Of a stretch of 64,000 bases of DNA, positions 56,941-64,000 are shown one piece after another. Under the pieces are notes generated by a model. The model made no database searches, had not been told where the DNA came from, and worked only from the letters and a program-made list of their open reading frames with translations. Source of the stretch: an uncultured Actinomycetes bacterium. Its GTDB lineage: Bacteria; Actinomycetota; UBA4738; HRBIN12. The stretch spans positions 221,900 to 285,899 of the forward strand of contig CAWFJU010000005.1 of assembly GCA_963816275.1 (NCBI GenBank), read 5' to 3'. Numbering within the stretch: position 1 is the first letter of the stretch; each line of letters starts with the position of its first letter. Made by a program: the position numbers and the translations under genes.

Positions 56941-58299
56941 GTGGCGTTCGCCTACATCCTGCTGACGGTGATCGTGGCGCTCACGGTGCCCCTCGCTCTG
57001 AACCTGGCGAAGCGCACCAGGGCCGAGATCGAGTCGAACACCAAGATCGACGCCCTCACGATCGCCGCGCAGATCGGCAGCGAGGGGCTGGGCAAGAGCA
57101 AGATGCTGGACCGCGCGGTGAACGACTACGCGCTCCAGGTCGACGGACGAGTCGTCGTGATGAACGCGAACAGCCGCGTGATCGCCGACTCGGACGGTTC
57201 GGCGATCGGACAGTTCTTCAACAACGGGCGCCGCCCGGAGGTAAGCGCGGCGCTCGACCCCCGGAATCCGACGCCGTACGCGACGACCCGATACTCGGAG
57301 ACCGCGCAAGCCGACCTGCTGGTTGCGGCGGCGCCGATCCTCGACGAAGGCCTTGCGGGCGCCGTCAGGATCACGCGGAACGTCCAGGACGTGAGCAACG
57401 CGATCCGCGACGCGACCTTGGGCCTGATCATCGTCGGTGCCGCGGGCCTCTTGGCCGGCCTGCTCATCGCGTACGGGCTCGCCGCATCCTTCGCCCGTCC
57501 GCTGTCGCGGCTCGCCGACACGGCCGAGCAGCTCGGCGAGGGCGACCTGTCGGCCCGCGCCGGCGACGTCGGTGGCGCCGAGGAGATCGAGGAGCTTGCC
57601 CGTTCGTTCGATGAGATGGCGGATCGTATGCAGCGCACCGTCCAGGCGCAGCGCGAGTTCGTGGCGAACGCGTCGCATCAGCTCCGCACGCCGCTCACGG
57701 GGATGAAGCTTCGACTCGAAGGCGTGAAGGATCGCACCGACGATCAGGAGCTCCAGAACCAGCTCGAGGCGGCGGACCTGGAGGTGGATCGACTCTCCGA
57801 GACCGTCGACCGGATGCTCGTGATGTCGAAGCGGATCGAGCACGGCGATCCGACGCACGTCGACCTTGCCGATGCGGCCACGCGCGCCGCCGCTCGTTGG
57901 GGCGAGCGAGCGACGGCCAAGGGGGTTGAGCTCTACGTGACCGGGGACCCCGCCGTCGGACAAGGCAATCCGGCCGATCTCGACCAGGCGATCGACAACC
58001 TGATCGACAACGCCCTGGACTACGCCGCCGGCCCGATCGAGGTGGAGACCGGCGCCGTCGGAGGCCAAGTCATGCTGGCCGTCCGCGATCACGGCCCGGG
58101 CATCCCCAAAGGGGAACAAGACAAGGTGACCGAACGCTTCTACCGCGGGAAGACCGCCACGTCGGGCGGCTCGGGGCTCGGGCTCGCGATCGCACGAGAT
58201 CTGACCGAACGCTGGGGCGGTGCGCTGCTCGTCCGTGATGCGGTCGGCGGCGGCGCCCGGATCGAGATCCGCCTCCGCGCCGCTGATAGCGGCGCCTGA
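56941..58299 (+). CDS. EnvZ/PhoR-type sensor histidine kinase (TM, periplasmic domain, HAMP, HisKA, HATPase_c).
   Basis: FVANASHQLRTPLTGM (H-box), DNLIDNALDYA (N), RDHGPGIP (G1), GGSGLGLAIARDL (G2). The first canonical in-frame start after the RBS is GTG 56941, but an ACG at 56917 sits 5 nt after GGAGG. Confidence 0.85.
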   Translation: MAFAYILLTVIVALTVPLALNLAKRTRAEIESNTKIDALTIAAQIGSEGLGKSKMLDRAVNDYALQVDGRVVVMNANSRVIADSDGSAIGQFFNNGRRPEVSAALDPRNPTPYATTRYSETAQADLLVAAAPILDEGLAGAVRITRNVQDVSNAIRDATLGLIIVGAAGLLAGLLIAYGLAASFARPLSRLADTAEQLGEGDLSARAGDVGGAEEIEELARSFDEMADRMQRTVQAQREFVANASHQLRTPLTGMKLRLEGVKDRTDDQELQNQLEAADLEVDRLSETVDRMLVMSKRIEHGDPTHVDLADAATRAAARWGERATAKGVELYVTGDPAVGQGNPADLDQAIDNLIDNALDYAAGPIEVETGAVGGQVMLAVRDHGPGIPKGEQDKVTERFYRGKTATSGGSGLGLAIARDLTERWGGALLVRDAVGGGARIEIRLRAADSGA

Positions 58300-58311
58300 C
58301 GAACCGAGGAG

Positions 58312-58929
58312 ATGTCCGTGCCCGATCTCGCACCGACGCCGGTGGTCGCCTGGGTGGATCCCTCGTGCCCGTGGGCTTGGCAGACCTCGCGGTGGCTTCG
58401 AGACCTCCGCGACCAGGGGGTCGTCGAGCTCCGATGGCGCCTGTACAGCCTCGAGCTGAACGCCACGTATCGAGATGGTCTGTCGTTCCACGATGCCGCC
58501 GCGACGTACGGCCACGCGCTGACGACGCTCGCGCTCGCCCGCCGGGAGGGTGGCGCGCCGGCGTTCGAGCGACTGTACGTCGCGATCGGCGAGCGTCTGC
58601 ACGACGCGAAAGAATCGATGTCGCCCGAGCTCCTCCTTGCGGCCGCGGACGAGGTCGTGCTGACCGATCTGCCGGCACGCGCTGCAGCGATGCCCGATCT
58701 GGCGCACGAGGTGACGGCGGAGTTCGGGGCCGGCCGGGACGCGAGCGTGTTCGGCGTGCCGACCCTCGAGGTGGCCGGCGCACCGCCGATCTATGGTCCG
58801 ATCCTCCCGACGGCGGCGCGGGACGACGAGGCGCTCGAATGGTGGACACACGTCCGCTGGCTGGCGCAACGGGCGGATTTCTTCGAGCTGAAGCGTTGGC
58901 CGCGAACGTCGCGACCCGGCCAACCTTAG
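58312..58929 (+). CDS. DsbA-like thioredoxin-fold protein with a single-Cys CPWAW motif.
   Basis: VVAWVDPSCPWAWQTSRWL..., FGVPTL. RBS GAGGAG upstream. Confidence 0.6.
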   Translation: MSVPDLAPTPVVAWVDPSCPWAWQTSRWLRDLRDQGVVELRWRLYSLELNATYRDGLSFHDAAATYGHALTTLALARREGGAPAFERLYVAIGERLHDAKESMSPELLLAAADEVVLTDLPARAAAMPDLAHEVTAEFGAGRDASVFGVPTLEVAGAPPIYGPILPTAARDDEALEWWTHVRWLAQRADFFELKRWPRTSRPGQP

Positions 58930-58973
58930 CTCCGCCTTTACCCGATCGGGGATAGGCTGATGATCCTTCCCTC

Positions 58974-59282
58974 ATGAAACGCTCTCTCGTCGTTCTCGGC
59001 TACGGACTCGGCGGCATCTTGGTCGCCCTGGCTCTCTCATGGGGTGCGTTCGCGCTCGCCGGCCGGCAGATCGGTGAGCCGGCGACGCCCGTGCAGCCCG
59101 CATTCAGCCTCAGCGATTCGCTGACCCCGTCGGAGGAGCCTTCGGCCGAGCCGACCGAGTCTCACTCGCACGAGCCGAGCAACGGGCCGACCTCGTCACC
59201 CTCGCAGGACGGCTCCGGCTCCGGCAGCGGTTCGGGCGACGACCATCCCAGCGGGGGTCATCCCGGTGGGGAGGATGACTGA
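58974..59282 (+). CDS. Small membrane-anchored protein with an acidic Ser/Pro/His-rich tail.
   Basis: MKRSLVVLGYGLGGILVALALSWGAFALAG anchor, then ...SEEPSAEPTESHSHEPSNGPTSSPSQDGSGSGSGSGDDHPSGGHPGGEDD. Confidence 0.55.
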   Translation: MKRSLVVLGYGLGGILVALALSWGAFALAGRQIGEPATPVQPAFSLSDSLTPSEEPSAEPTESHSHEPSNGPTSSPSQDGSGSGSGSGDDHPSGGHPGGEDD

Positions 59283-59332
59283 CCCAGGCTTCGTCTCGTT
59301 CCACGCGATGCCCGGTATCATCATCTGGACCA

Positions 59333-59425
59333 CCGAAGGGGAGTATCCCCTCATCCGTCGTCGTCATGACGGTCGCTCGCGACCCGGCGCCGGAGCCGCC
59401 ACCACGGGGCGGGAGAGACCTTCGG
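59333..59425 (+). promoter_or_regulatory. Candidate yybP-ykoY (Mn2+) riboswitch aptamer upstream of terC.
   Basis: 5' CCGAAGG-GGAGUA (contains the conserved GGGGAGUA) pairs as P1 with 3' GAGA-CCUUCGG (59419-25). Located in the leader of a TerC-family gene, the classical context. Confidence 0.55.
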
Positions 59426-59468
59426 CCGGACCAGGCGGCACGTCCGCCCCGACCGAAGGAGTCGCTCG

Positions 59469-60431
59469 TTGCACGTCGAACCGTGGATCTGGATCGCGTT
59501 CCTGTCGTTCATCGTGGGGATGCTCGCGATCGACCTGTTGGTGTTCCAGCGTGAGGCGCACGCCGTCTCGATGCGCGAGGCCGCGATCTGGAGCGCCGTC
59601 TGGGTCGCGCTGGGCCTCACGTTCGGTGCGATCGTCTGGCTGTGGCAAGGGCCGCAGGCAGGCGGCGAGTACCTCGCGGGCTACCTGATCGAGAAGAGCC
59701 TCTCGGTCGACAACATCTTCGTCTTCGCCCTGATCTTCGGGTACTTCGCGGTGCCCGCCGCCTACCAGCACCGGGTCCTGTTCTGGGGCGTGTTCGGCGC
59801 GCTCGTGTTCCGCGCGATCTTCATCGCGGCCGGCGCCACCCTGCTCGATCAGTTCCACTGGATGATCTACGTCTTCGGGGCGTTCCTGGTGTTCACCGGG
59901 ATCCGGATGGCGCGCTCGAACGACGAGCACGTCGACCCGGGGAAGAATCCCGTCCTCCGCGCGTTCCGCCGGTTCGTGCCGCTCACGGACGGACTCCGTG
60001 ACGAGCGATTCTTCGTCAAGGAGGCAGGACGGCGCCTCGCCACCCCGCTCCTCGCGGTGCTCGTGGTCATGGAGACGACCGACATCATCTTCGCGATCGA
60101 CTCGATCCCGGCGATCTTCGCCGTGACGACGGACACGTTCCTCGTCTTCACCTCGAACGCCTTCGCGATCCTGGGACTCCGGGCCCTCTACTTCCTGCTC
60201 GCCGGGATGATCGGTCGCTTCGCCTATCTCAAGGTCGGCCTCGCGTTCGTCCTGGCCTTCGTCGGCGCGAAGATGCTGGTCAGCGACCTGTACCACGTCC
60301 CGATCTGGCTCTCGCTGGTGGTGATCGCGACGGCGATCGCGGTGTCGGTGGTCGTGTCGCTCCGCCGGGCTCCCACGGAGGCCGCCCCGTCGCGCGAGGC
60401 GCAGGCGCATGACAAGATGGGAGCCCGATGA
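59469..60431 (+). CDS. terC: TerC/Alx-family integral membrane protein (putative Mn2+ exporter).
   Basis: 320-aa ORF: YLIEKSLSVDNIFVF, ETTDIIFAIDSIPAIFAVT, FTSNAFAILGLRALYF. TTG start 7 nt after GAAGGAG. Confidence 0.9.
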   Translation: MHVEPWIWIAFLSFIVGMLAIDLLVFQREAHAVSMREAAIWSAVWVALGLTFGAIVWLWQGPQAGGEYLAGYLIEKSLSVDNIFVFALIFGYFAVPAAYQHRVLFWGVFGALVFRAIFIAAGATLLDQFHWMIYVFGAFLVFTGIRMARSNDEHVDPGKNPVLRAFRRFVPLTDGLRDERFFVKEAGRRLATPLLAVLVVMETTDIIFAIDSIPAIFAVTTDTFLVFTSNAFAILGLRALYFLLAGMIGRFAYLKVGLAFVLAFVGAKMLVSDLYHVPIWLSLVVIATAIAVSVVVSLRRAPTEAAPSREAQAHDKMGAR

Positions 60432-60841
60432 GCGAGCACCATCACCTGCCCCACCACGACCGCGAGATCTGGGGCGACGACCCCGAGGAGCGTGACGCCG
60501 ACGCGGTGGTCGCCGAGATCGAGTTCGCCGACCCGATCACCGAGCGTCGCTGGCACGAGCACCCCGCGTTCATCCCCTTCAAGGCGATCGGCCGGTTCAT
60601 CCGGCGCAGTGGCAAGCGGATCGCGATCACGATCGCCGGGGTCGTCGTCGTGCTGGTGGGCGTCGCGCTCCTCGTGCTCCCCGGCCCGGGATGGGTGCTG
60701 ATCTTCGCCGGGCTCGCGATCTTGTCGACGGAGTACGTCTGGGCGCGGCGCCTGCTCGAGAAGGCGAAAGAGAAGGCCGGACAGGCCAAGGACGCGGTCT
60801 TCCGCAAGAAGAACGGCGGCGGCGACGCCTCGGACGCCTGA
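60428..60841 (+). CDS. PGPGW-motif two-TM protein with a His-rich N-terminus.
   Basis: MSEHHHLPHHDRE..., LLVLPGPGWVLIFAGLAILSTEYVWARR. ATGA overlap with the terC stop. Confidence 0.8.
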   Translation: MSEHHHLPHHDREIWGDDPEERDADAVVAEIEFADPITERRWHEHPAFIPFKAIGRFIRRSGKRIAITIAGVVVVLVGVALLVLPGPGWVLIFAGLAILSTEYVWARRLLEKAKEKAGQAKDAVFRKKNGGGDASDA

Positions 60842-60966
60842 TCCCCCGGAGCGGGTTCGCATCCGCTGTCACGCCGTATGAAGGACTCCCATGACGCGAT
60901 CGGCGTCCTCGTTCACGAGATCGGCATTCATCGCGATGGCTGCGGTCGACCCTGCGCCCAGCGGCG

Positions 60967-61179
60967 GTGATGACCTGGGCACGGCACGAGGGTTATGAAT
61001 GGTTCTACGTGCTCTCAGGCAAGCTGCGTCTGATCCTCGCCAACCACGACTTCATCATGGGTCCCGGTGAGGTGGCGGAGTTCGAAACCCGATTCCCGCA
61101 TCGGTTCGGGCCGGCCGATGATCAGCCCGTCGAGATCCTCAGCCTGCTTGGCCAGCATGGTGAACGCATCCATTGGTGA
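60967..61179 (+). pseudogene. Remnant of a cupin domain (C-terminal half of an XRE-cupin-type regulator).
   Basis: HEGYEWFYVLSGKLRLILANHDFIMGPGEVAEFETRFPHRFG...VEILSLLGQHGERIH matches the second half of a cupin barrel. No HTH or first half is recoverable upstream. Confidence 0.5.
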
Positions 61180-61316
61180 TGCCCACCCCCGAGGTCACGC
61201 GGCGCACGAGGCGGAACAGAAGGGAGGTGGTTGAAGGGCCGAGTCATCACCGTTTCGCGCAGGTGTGCAGCCCTGCGCAGTAGGTAAGAAGGCATCTCAG
61301 CTGGAAGGGAGTCCGG

Positions 61317-62021
61317 GTGAACTCAGAAAGAAGGACGGCATCGCTCTTCGGTTGGCTCTTCATCGCCACCTTCGTATTGTCGATCCCTGCTTACTTCATC
61401 TTCTACGCACCGATCCGTGACGAGCCCACCTACATCACCGGCGCCGGCGCGGACCAGTCGTTCCTCGTCGGCCTGGGAGCGGTTTCCGAGGTCCTACTCA
61501 TCGTCGCGAACGTCGGCACCGCCACGGTGCTCTACCGGATCATCAGGCGCCAGAGCGAAGCGGGTGCGATCAGCTACGTCTCGGCTCGCATCGTGGAAGC
61601 CATCTTCATCGGGATCGGCGTGATCAGCATCCTGACGTTCCTGTTCCTGCGCGACGACAGCCCCAGGATCGGGGACGCGGCGATCGGGCAGTTGCTCCTC
61701 GCCGTCTACGACCGGGCGTTCCTGATCGGGCCGGGGTTCTTCGCCGGGCTCGCGAACGGGGTGATCCTGGGCTACCTGATGTACAGGTCCGGGCTCGTGC
61801 CACGGGGTATGACCTACCTCGGCCTCATCGGAGGTCCCCTGATCATGCTCTCGGGGATCGCCATCATGCTCGGACTCTCCGAGCGCGGCGACGCACTCCA
61901 GGGCATCGCGACGATCCCGGAGTTCTTCTGGGAGCTGTCGCTCGGCATCTACTGCGTCGTCAAGGGGTTCAGGCCGTCTCCGATCCTGGCTGATCCAGAG
62001 CCGTCCCGGGCGGCAACATAG
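61317..62021 (+). CDS. DUF4386-like membrane protein.
   Basis: 234 aa with a GTG start: ASLFGWLFIATFVLSIPAYFIFY..., VGTATVLYRIIRR, GVILGYLMYRSGLVPRGMTYLGLIGGPL, FFWELSLGIYCVVKGF. Confidence 0.65.
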   Translation: MNSERRTASLFGWLFIATFVLSIPAYFIFYAPIRDEPTYITGAGADQSFLVGLGAVSEVLLIVANVGTATVLYRIIRRQSEAGAISYVSARIVEAIFIGIGVISILTFLFLRDDSPRIGDAAIGQLLLAVYDRAFLIGPGFFAGLANGVILGYLMYRSGLVPRGMTYLGLIGGPLIMLSGIAIMLGLSERGDALQGIATIPEFFWELSLGIYCVVKGFRPSPILADPEPSRAAT

Positions 62022-62471
62022 GAGGACGCAGCAACCGCAACGGAACCCTCGGCCTTGGCCGAGGGTTCCCGCGCATCCGCAGCTGATCCGCCAGGATCGG
62101 CCACGCGGCGGGTCGCGCTTGCCCGTGCCGGTGATCCCGTGTTCCGGGGAGATCGGGCCGACCTCCAGCCTTCGACGCCACGAACGCGTTGCTCCGTTCG
62201 AGCTGTCGGGCGTTCGAGTATCGTCCTGAGAGGGACGCTCGCGTGTCGATCGTCCACCGTCGCCATGACTCCATCTTCCCGTGCCCGTACGCCGAGCCGC
62301 ATCCTGATCGGGACGTCGATATGTGCGTCGGTTACCCCACGATGCCTATCGTTCGAGGCGGAACATGGGAGCGCCTCACCAGGCCGGAATCGCTAAGGTG
62401 GATCGCAGCACAACCCAGTTCCCCACGTGGTCCGAGCGCGACGACCACCCGACGACAAAGAGGGACCGACC

Positions 62472-63092
62472 ATGAAGCTGACGACCACCACGCAGGTCTC
62501 CGCTGACGGAGTGATGCAGGGGCCCGGCGGGCCGGAGGAAGACGAGCGCGGCGCATTCGAGCGCGGTGGATGGGCCCACTTCGATCACGAAGCCGGGACG
62601 GCCATGGACGAGATCTATCAGCGCGCCGACGCATTCTTGTTCGGCCGCAAAACCTACGAGGTCTTCGCTGCCTCCTGGGGAACGTGGGACGATCCGGGTG
62701 ACAGTCCGATCTGGACGGCATTGAACACGAAGCCGAAGTACGTGGCATCTTCGACGCTCACCGACCCAGGGTGGGCCAACACGACCGTGCTCTCGGGTGA
62801 TGTCACGGCCGCAGTCGGCGAGCTGCGAGCCAAGCCTGGCAACGAGCTGCAGGTGCATGGCTGCGGCGCCCTGTTCCGGTGGCTGTTTGAACAGGACCTT
62901 GTCGACGAGATGAACTTGTTCACCTTCCCCGTGGTCGTAGGCCAGGGCACCCGTCTCTTCCCTGACAGCGGCCGGGACGCTGCGCTCGAACTGTCCGGAT
63001 CCCGAACTACCCCCAGTGGCATCACGATCGGGGTCTACCGGCCCACGGGGCGCCCGAAGTACGCAGCGGTCACGCTCGACGTGAACACGTGA
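62472..63092 (+). CDS. Dihydrofolate-reductase-like (RibD C-terminal domain) family protein.
   Basis: MKLTTTTQVSADGVMQGPGG..., FLFGRKTYEVFAASW, LQVHGCGALFRWLFEQDLVDEMNLFTFPVVVGQGTRLF. Confidence 0.8.
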   Translation: MKLTTTTQVSADGVMQGPGGPEEDERGAFERGGWAHFDHEAGTAMDEIYQRADAFLFGRKTYEVFAASWGTWDDPGDSPIWTALNTKPKYVASSTLTDPGWANTTVLSGDVTAAVGELRAKPGNELQVHGCGALFRWLFEQDLVDEMNLFTFPVVVGQGTRLFPDSGRDAALELSGSRTTPSGITIGVYRPTGRPKYAAVTLDVNT

Positions 63093-63997
63093 GCATCCTG
63101 ATCGGCACCTCCTCGTGGACCGATCCGACGTTGATCAAGGAGTCCGACTTCTATCCCCCCGGTGCGAGTACCCCCGAGAAGCGGCTGCGGTTCTACGCGA
63201 CGAGGTTCAAGCTCGTCGAGGTCGACTCGAGCTACTACTACCCGCCGAGCGAGGCGAACTCCGTGCGCTGGGTCGAGCGGACGCCCGACGACTTCACCTT
63301 CAACATCAAGGCGTACTCGCTGCTGACGAACCACCCGACCCGGCCCGATTCGTTGTTCGCGGACATCCGGGAGTCGATGCCATCGATCCGCAAGCGGTTC
63401 GTCTATCGGGAGCAGCTCCCGCAGGAGGCCGTGGACGAGGTCTGGCAGCGCTTCCACGACGCGATCTGGCCGCTGCACGATGCCGGGAAGCTCGGCGCCG
63501 TCCTCTTCCAGTTCCCGCAGTGGTTCATGCGGAACCGCGAGTCGCGCGGCTACATCCAGGAGTGCAAGGCTCGGCTCGCCGATTATCGCGTCGCGGTGGA
63601 GTTCCGGCACCGCTCGTGGATGTCCCCGGAGCATGCCGAGGACACGCTCGGGTTCCTCGAGGAACTCGACCTCCCGTACGTCTGCGTCGACATGCCGCAG
63701 GGGTTCGAGTCGAGCGTCCCCCCCGTCGCGGCCGCGACGACGTCGGACCTGGCGCTCGTGCGGTTCCACGGCCGCAACGTCGAGGCGTGGGAGGTCCCGA
63801 GCGAGACCGCCTCGAACCGATTCCGCTACGACTACGGGACCGACGAGCTGAAGGAGTGGGCGCCGAGGATCGAGGGGCTGGCCGAACAAGCGCGCGAGAC
63901 GCATGTCCTGATGAACAACTGCTACCGCGACTTCGCGGTGCGCAACGCCCGGGAGCTCGGCGGGCTCCTCGACGTCGACCTCGGGGACGAGGCGTAG
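63089..63997 (+). CDS. DUF72 (YecE/UPF0759) family protein.
   Basis: ILIGTSSWTD, RLRFYATRFKLVEVDSSYY, FTFNIKAY, GAVLFQFPQWF, AVEFRHRSW, VRFHGRN. GTGA overlap with the previous stop. Confidence 0.85.
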   Translation: MSILIGTSSWTDPTLIKESDFYPPGASTPEKRLRFYATRFKLVEVDSSYYYPPSEANSVRWVERTPDDFTFNIKAYSLLTNHPTRPDSLFADIRESMPSIRKRFVYREQLPQEAVDEVWQRFHDAIWPLHDAGKLGAVLFQFPQWFMRNRESRGYIQECKARLADYRVAVEFRHRSWMSPEHAEDTLGFLEELDLPYVCVDMPQGFESSVPPVAAATTSDLALVRFHGRNVEAWEVPSETASNRFRYDYGTDELKEWAPRIEGLAEQARETHVLMNNCYRDFAVRNARELGGLLDVDLGDEA

Positions 63998-64000
63998 GCG

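Noticed and set aside
59266-59688. 140-aa ORF overlapping the terC leader and 5' end.
   Set aside because: Arg/Ser/Gly-rich composition, overlap with the riboswitch candidate and out of frame with the well-supported terC gene.
62022-62471. Degenerate insertion-sequence remnant (strings such as RWTIDT and LERSNAFV faintly recall IS5-type transposase C-termini).
   Set aside because: The similarity is too short and weak. There are no terminal inverted repeats, no DDE motif and no target duplication that I can see.
1-64000. tRNA, rRNA, CRISPR arrays, integrases, transposases or prophage genes.
   Set aside because: I scanned by eye for T-loop consensus (GGTTCGAATCC-like) on both strands, for regularly spaced repeats and for recombinase motifs, and found none. 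This was not a computational search, so small RNAs could be missed.

Overview
Very GC-rich bacterial chromosome segment, roughly 70% GC by eye. Gene content and start and RBS usage look Actinomycetota-like, possibly a deep-branching lineage or a MAG. I support about 65 protein genes. I found no rRNA, tRNA, CRISPR array, transposase or integrase. Functional blocks in order: (1) a zinc block with two divergent, frame-broken alkaline-phosphatase-family paralogs, a PF03773-type permease with its TIGR03943 partner, and a translationally coupled znuA-znuC-znuB-zur operon; (2) mutY, a CBS-pair protein, and an ECF42-type module (two YciI/DGPF genes plus a sigma factor with a TPR tail), followed by an MBOAT plus SGNH acyltransferase pair and an orphan trpB2; (3) a TolB-like lipoprotein, a Rieske protein, a CDP-alcohol phosphatidyltransferase and greA; (4) a large amine catabolism cluster of the gamma-glutamylation type (aldehyde dehydrogenase, SDR, APC permease, glutamine-synthetase-like ligase, choline/ethanolamine-kinase-like protein, glutaryl-CoA-dehydrogenase-like protein, two class-I amidotransferase-fold proteins, one fused to GrpB); (5) a peptide salvage cluster (C45 peptidase, S66 LD-carboxypeptidase, Opp/Dpp-type ABC importer); (6) a family III CoA-transferase and a methyltransferase; (7) a ChlI-like AAA+ / 4-TM / vWA / secreted-protein operon; (8) a UvrD2-like helicase, a DUF2236-HAD-methyltransferase-membrane operon and a NERD-SF1 helicase; (9) a lower-GC island with DUF5317, two tandem paralogous HisKA_3 sensor kinases and a 27-codon micro-ORF, then an OmpR/EnvZ-type pair; (10) a candidate Mn2+ (yybP-ykoY) riboswitch in front of terC and a His-rich PGPGW gene; (11) a lower-GC tail with a cupin remnant, DUF4386, a RibD_C-like reductase and DUF72. 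Many genes are broken by frameshifts, usually inside short G or C runs. The breaks cluster in blocks while other blocks of 8-14 kb are fully intact. The main leads are: a 7-G run at the YciI2/sigma junction where one extra G would fuse the two proteins; the orphan tandem-kinase island with its micro-ORF; the AAA+/vWA operon with an inserted membrane protein; an apparent PuuD-GrpB fusion; and the riboswitch-controlled TerC plus His-rich PGPGW module. All family assignments come from motif recognition by eye, not from searches.
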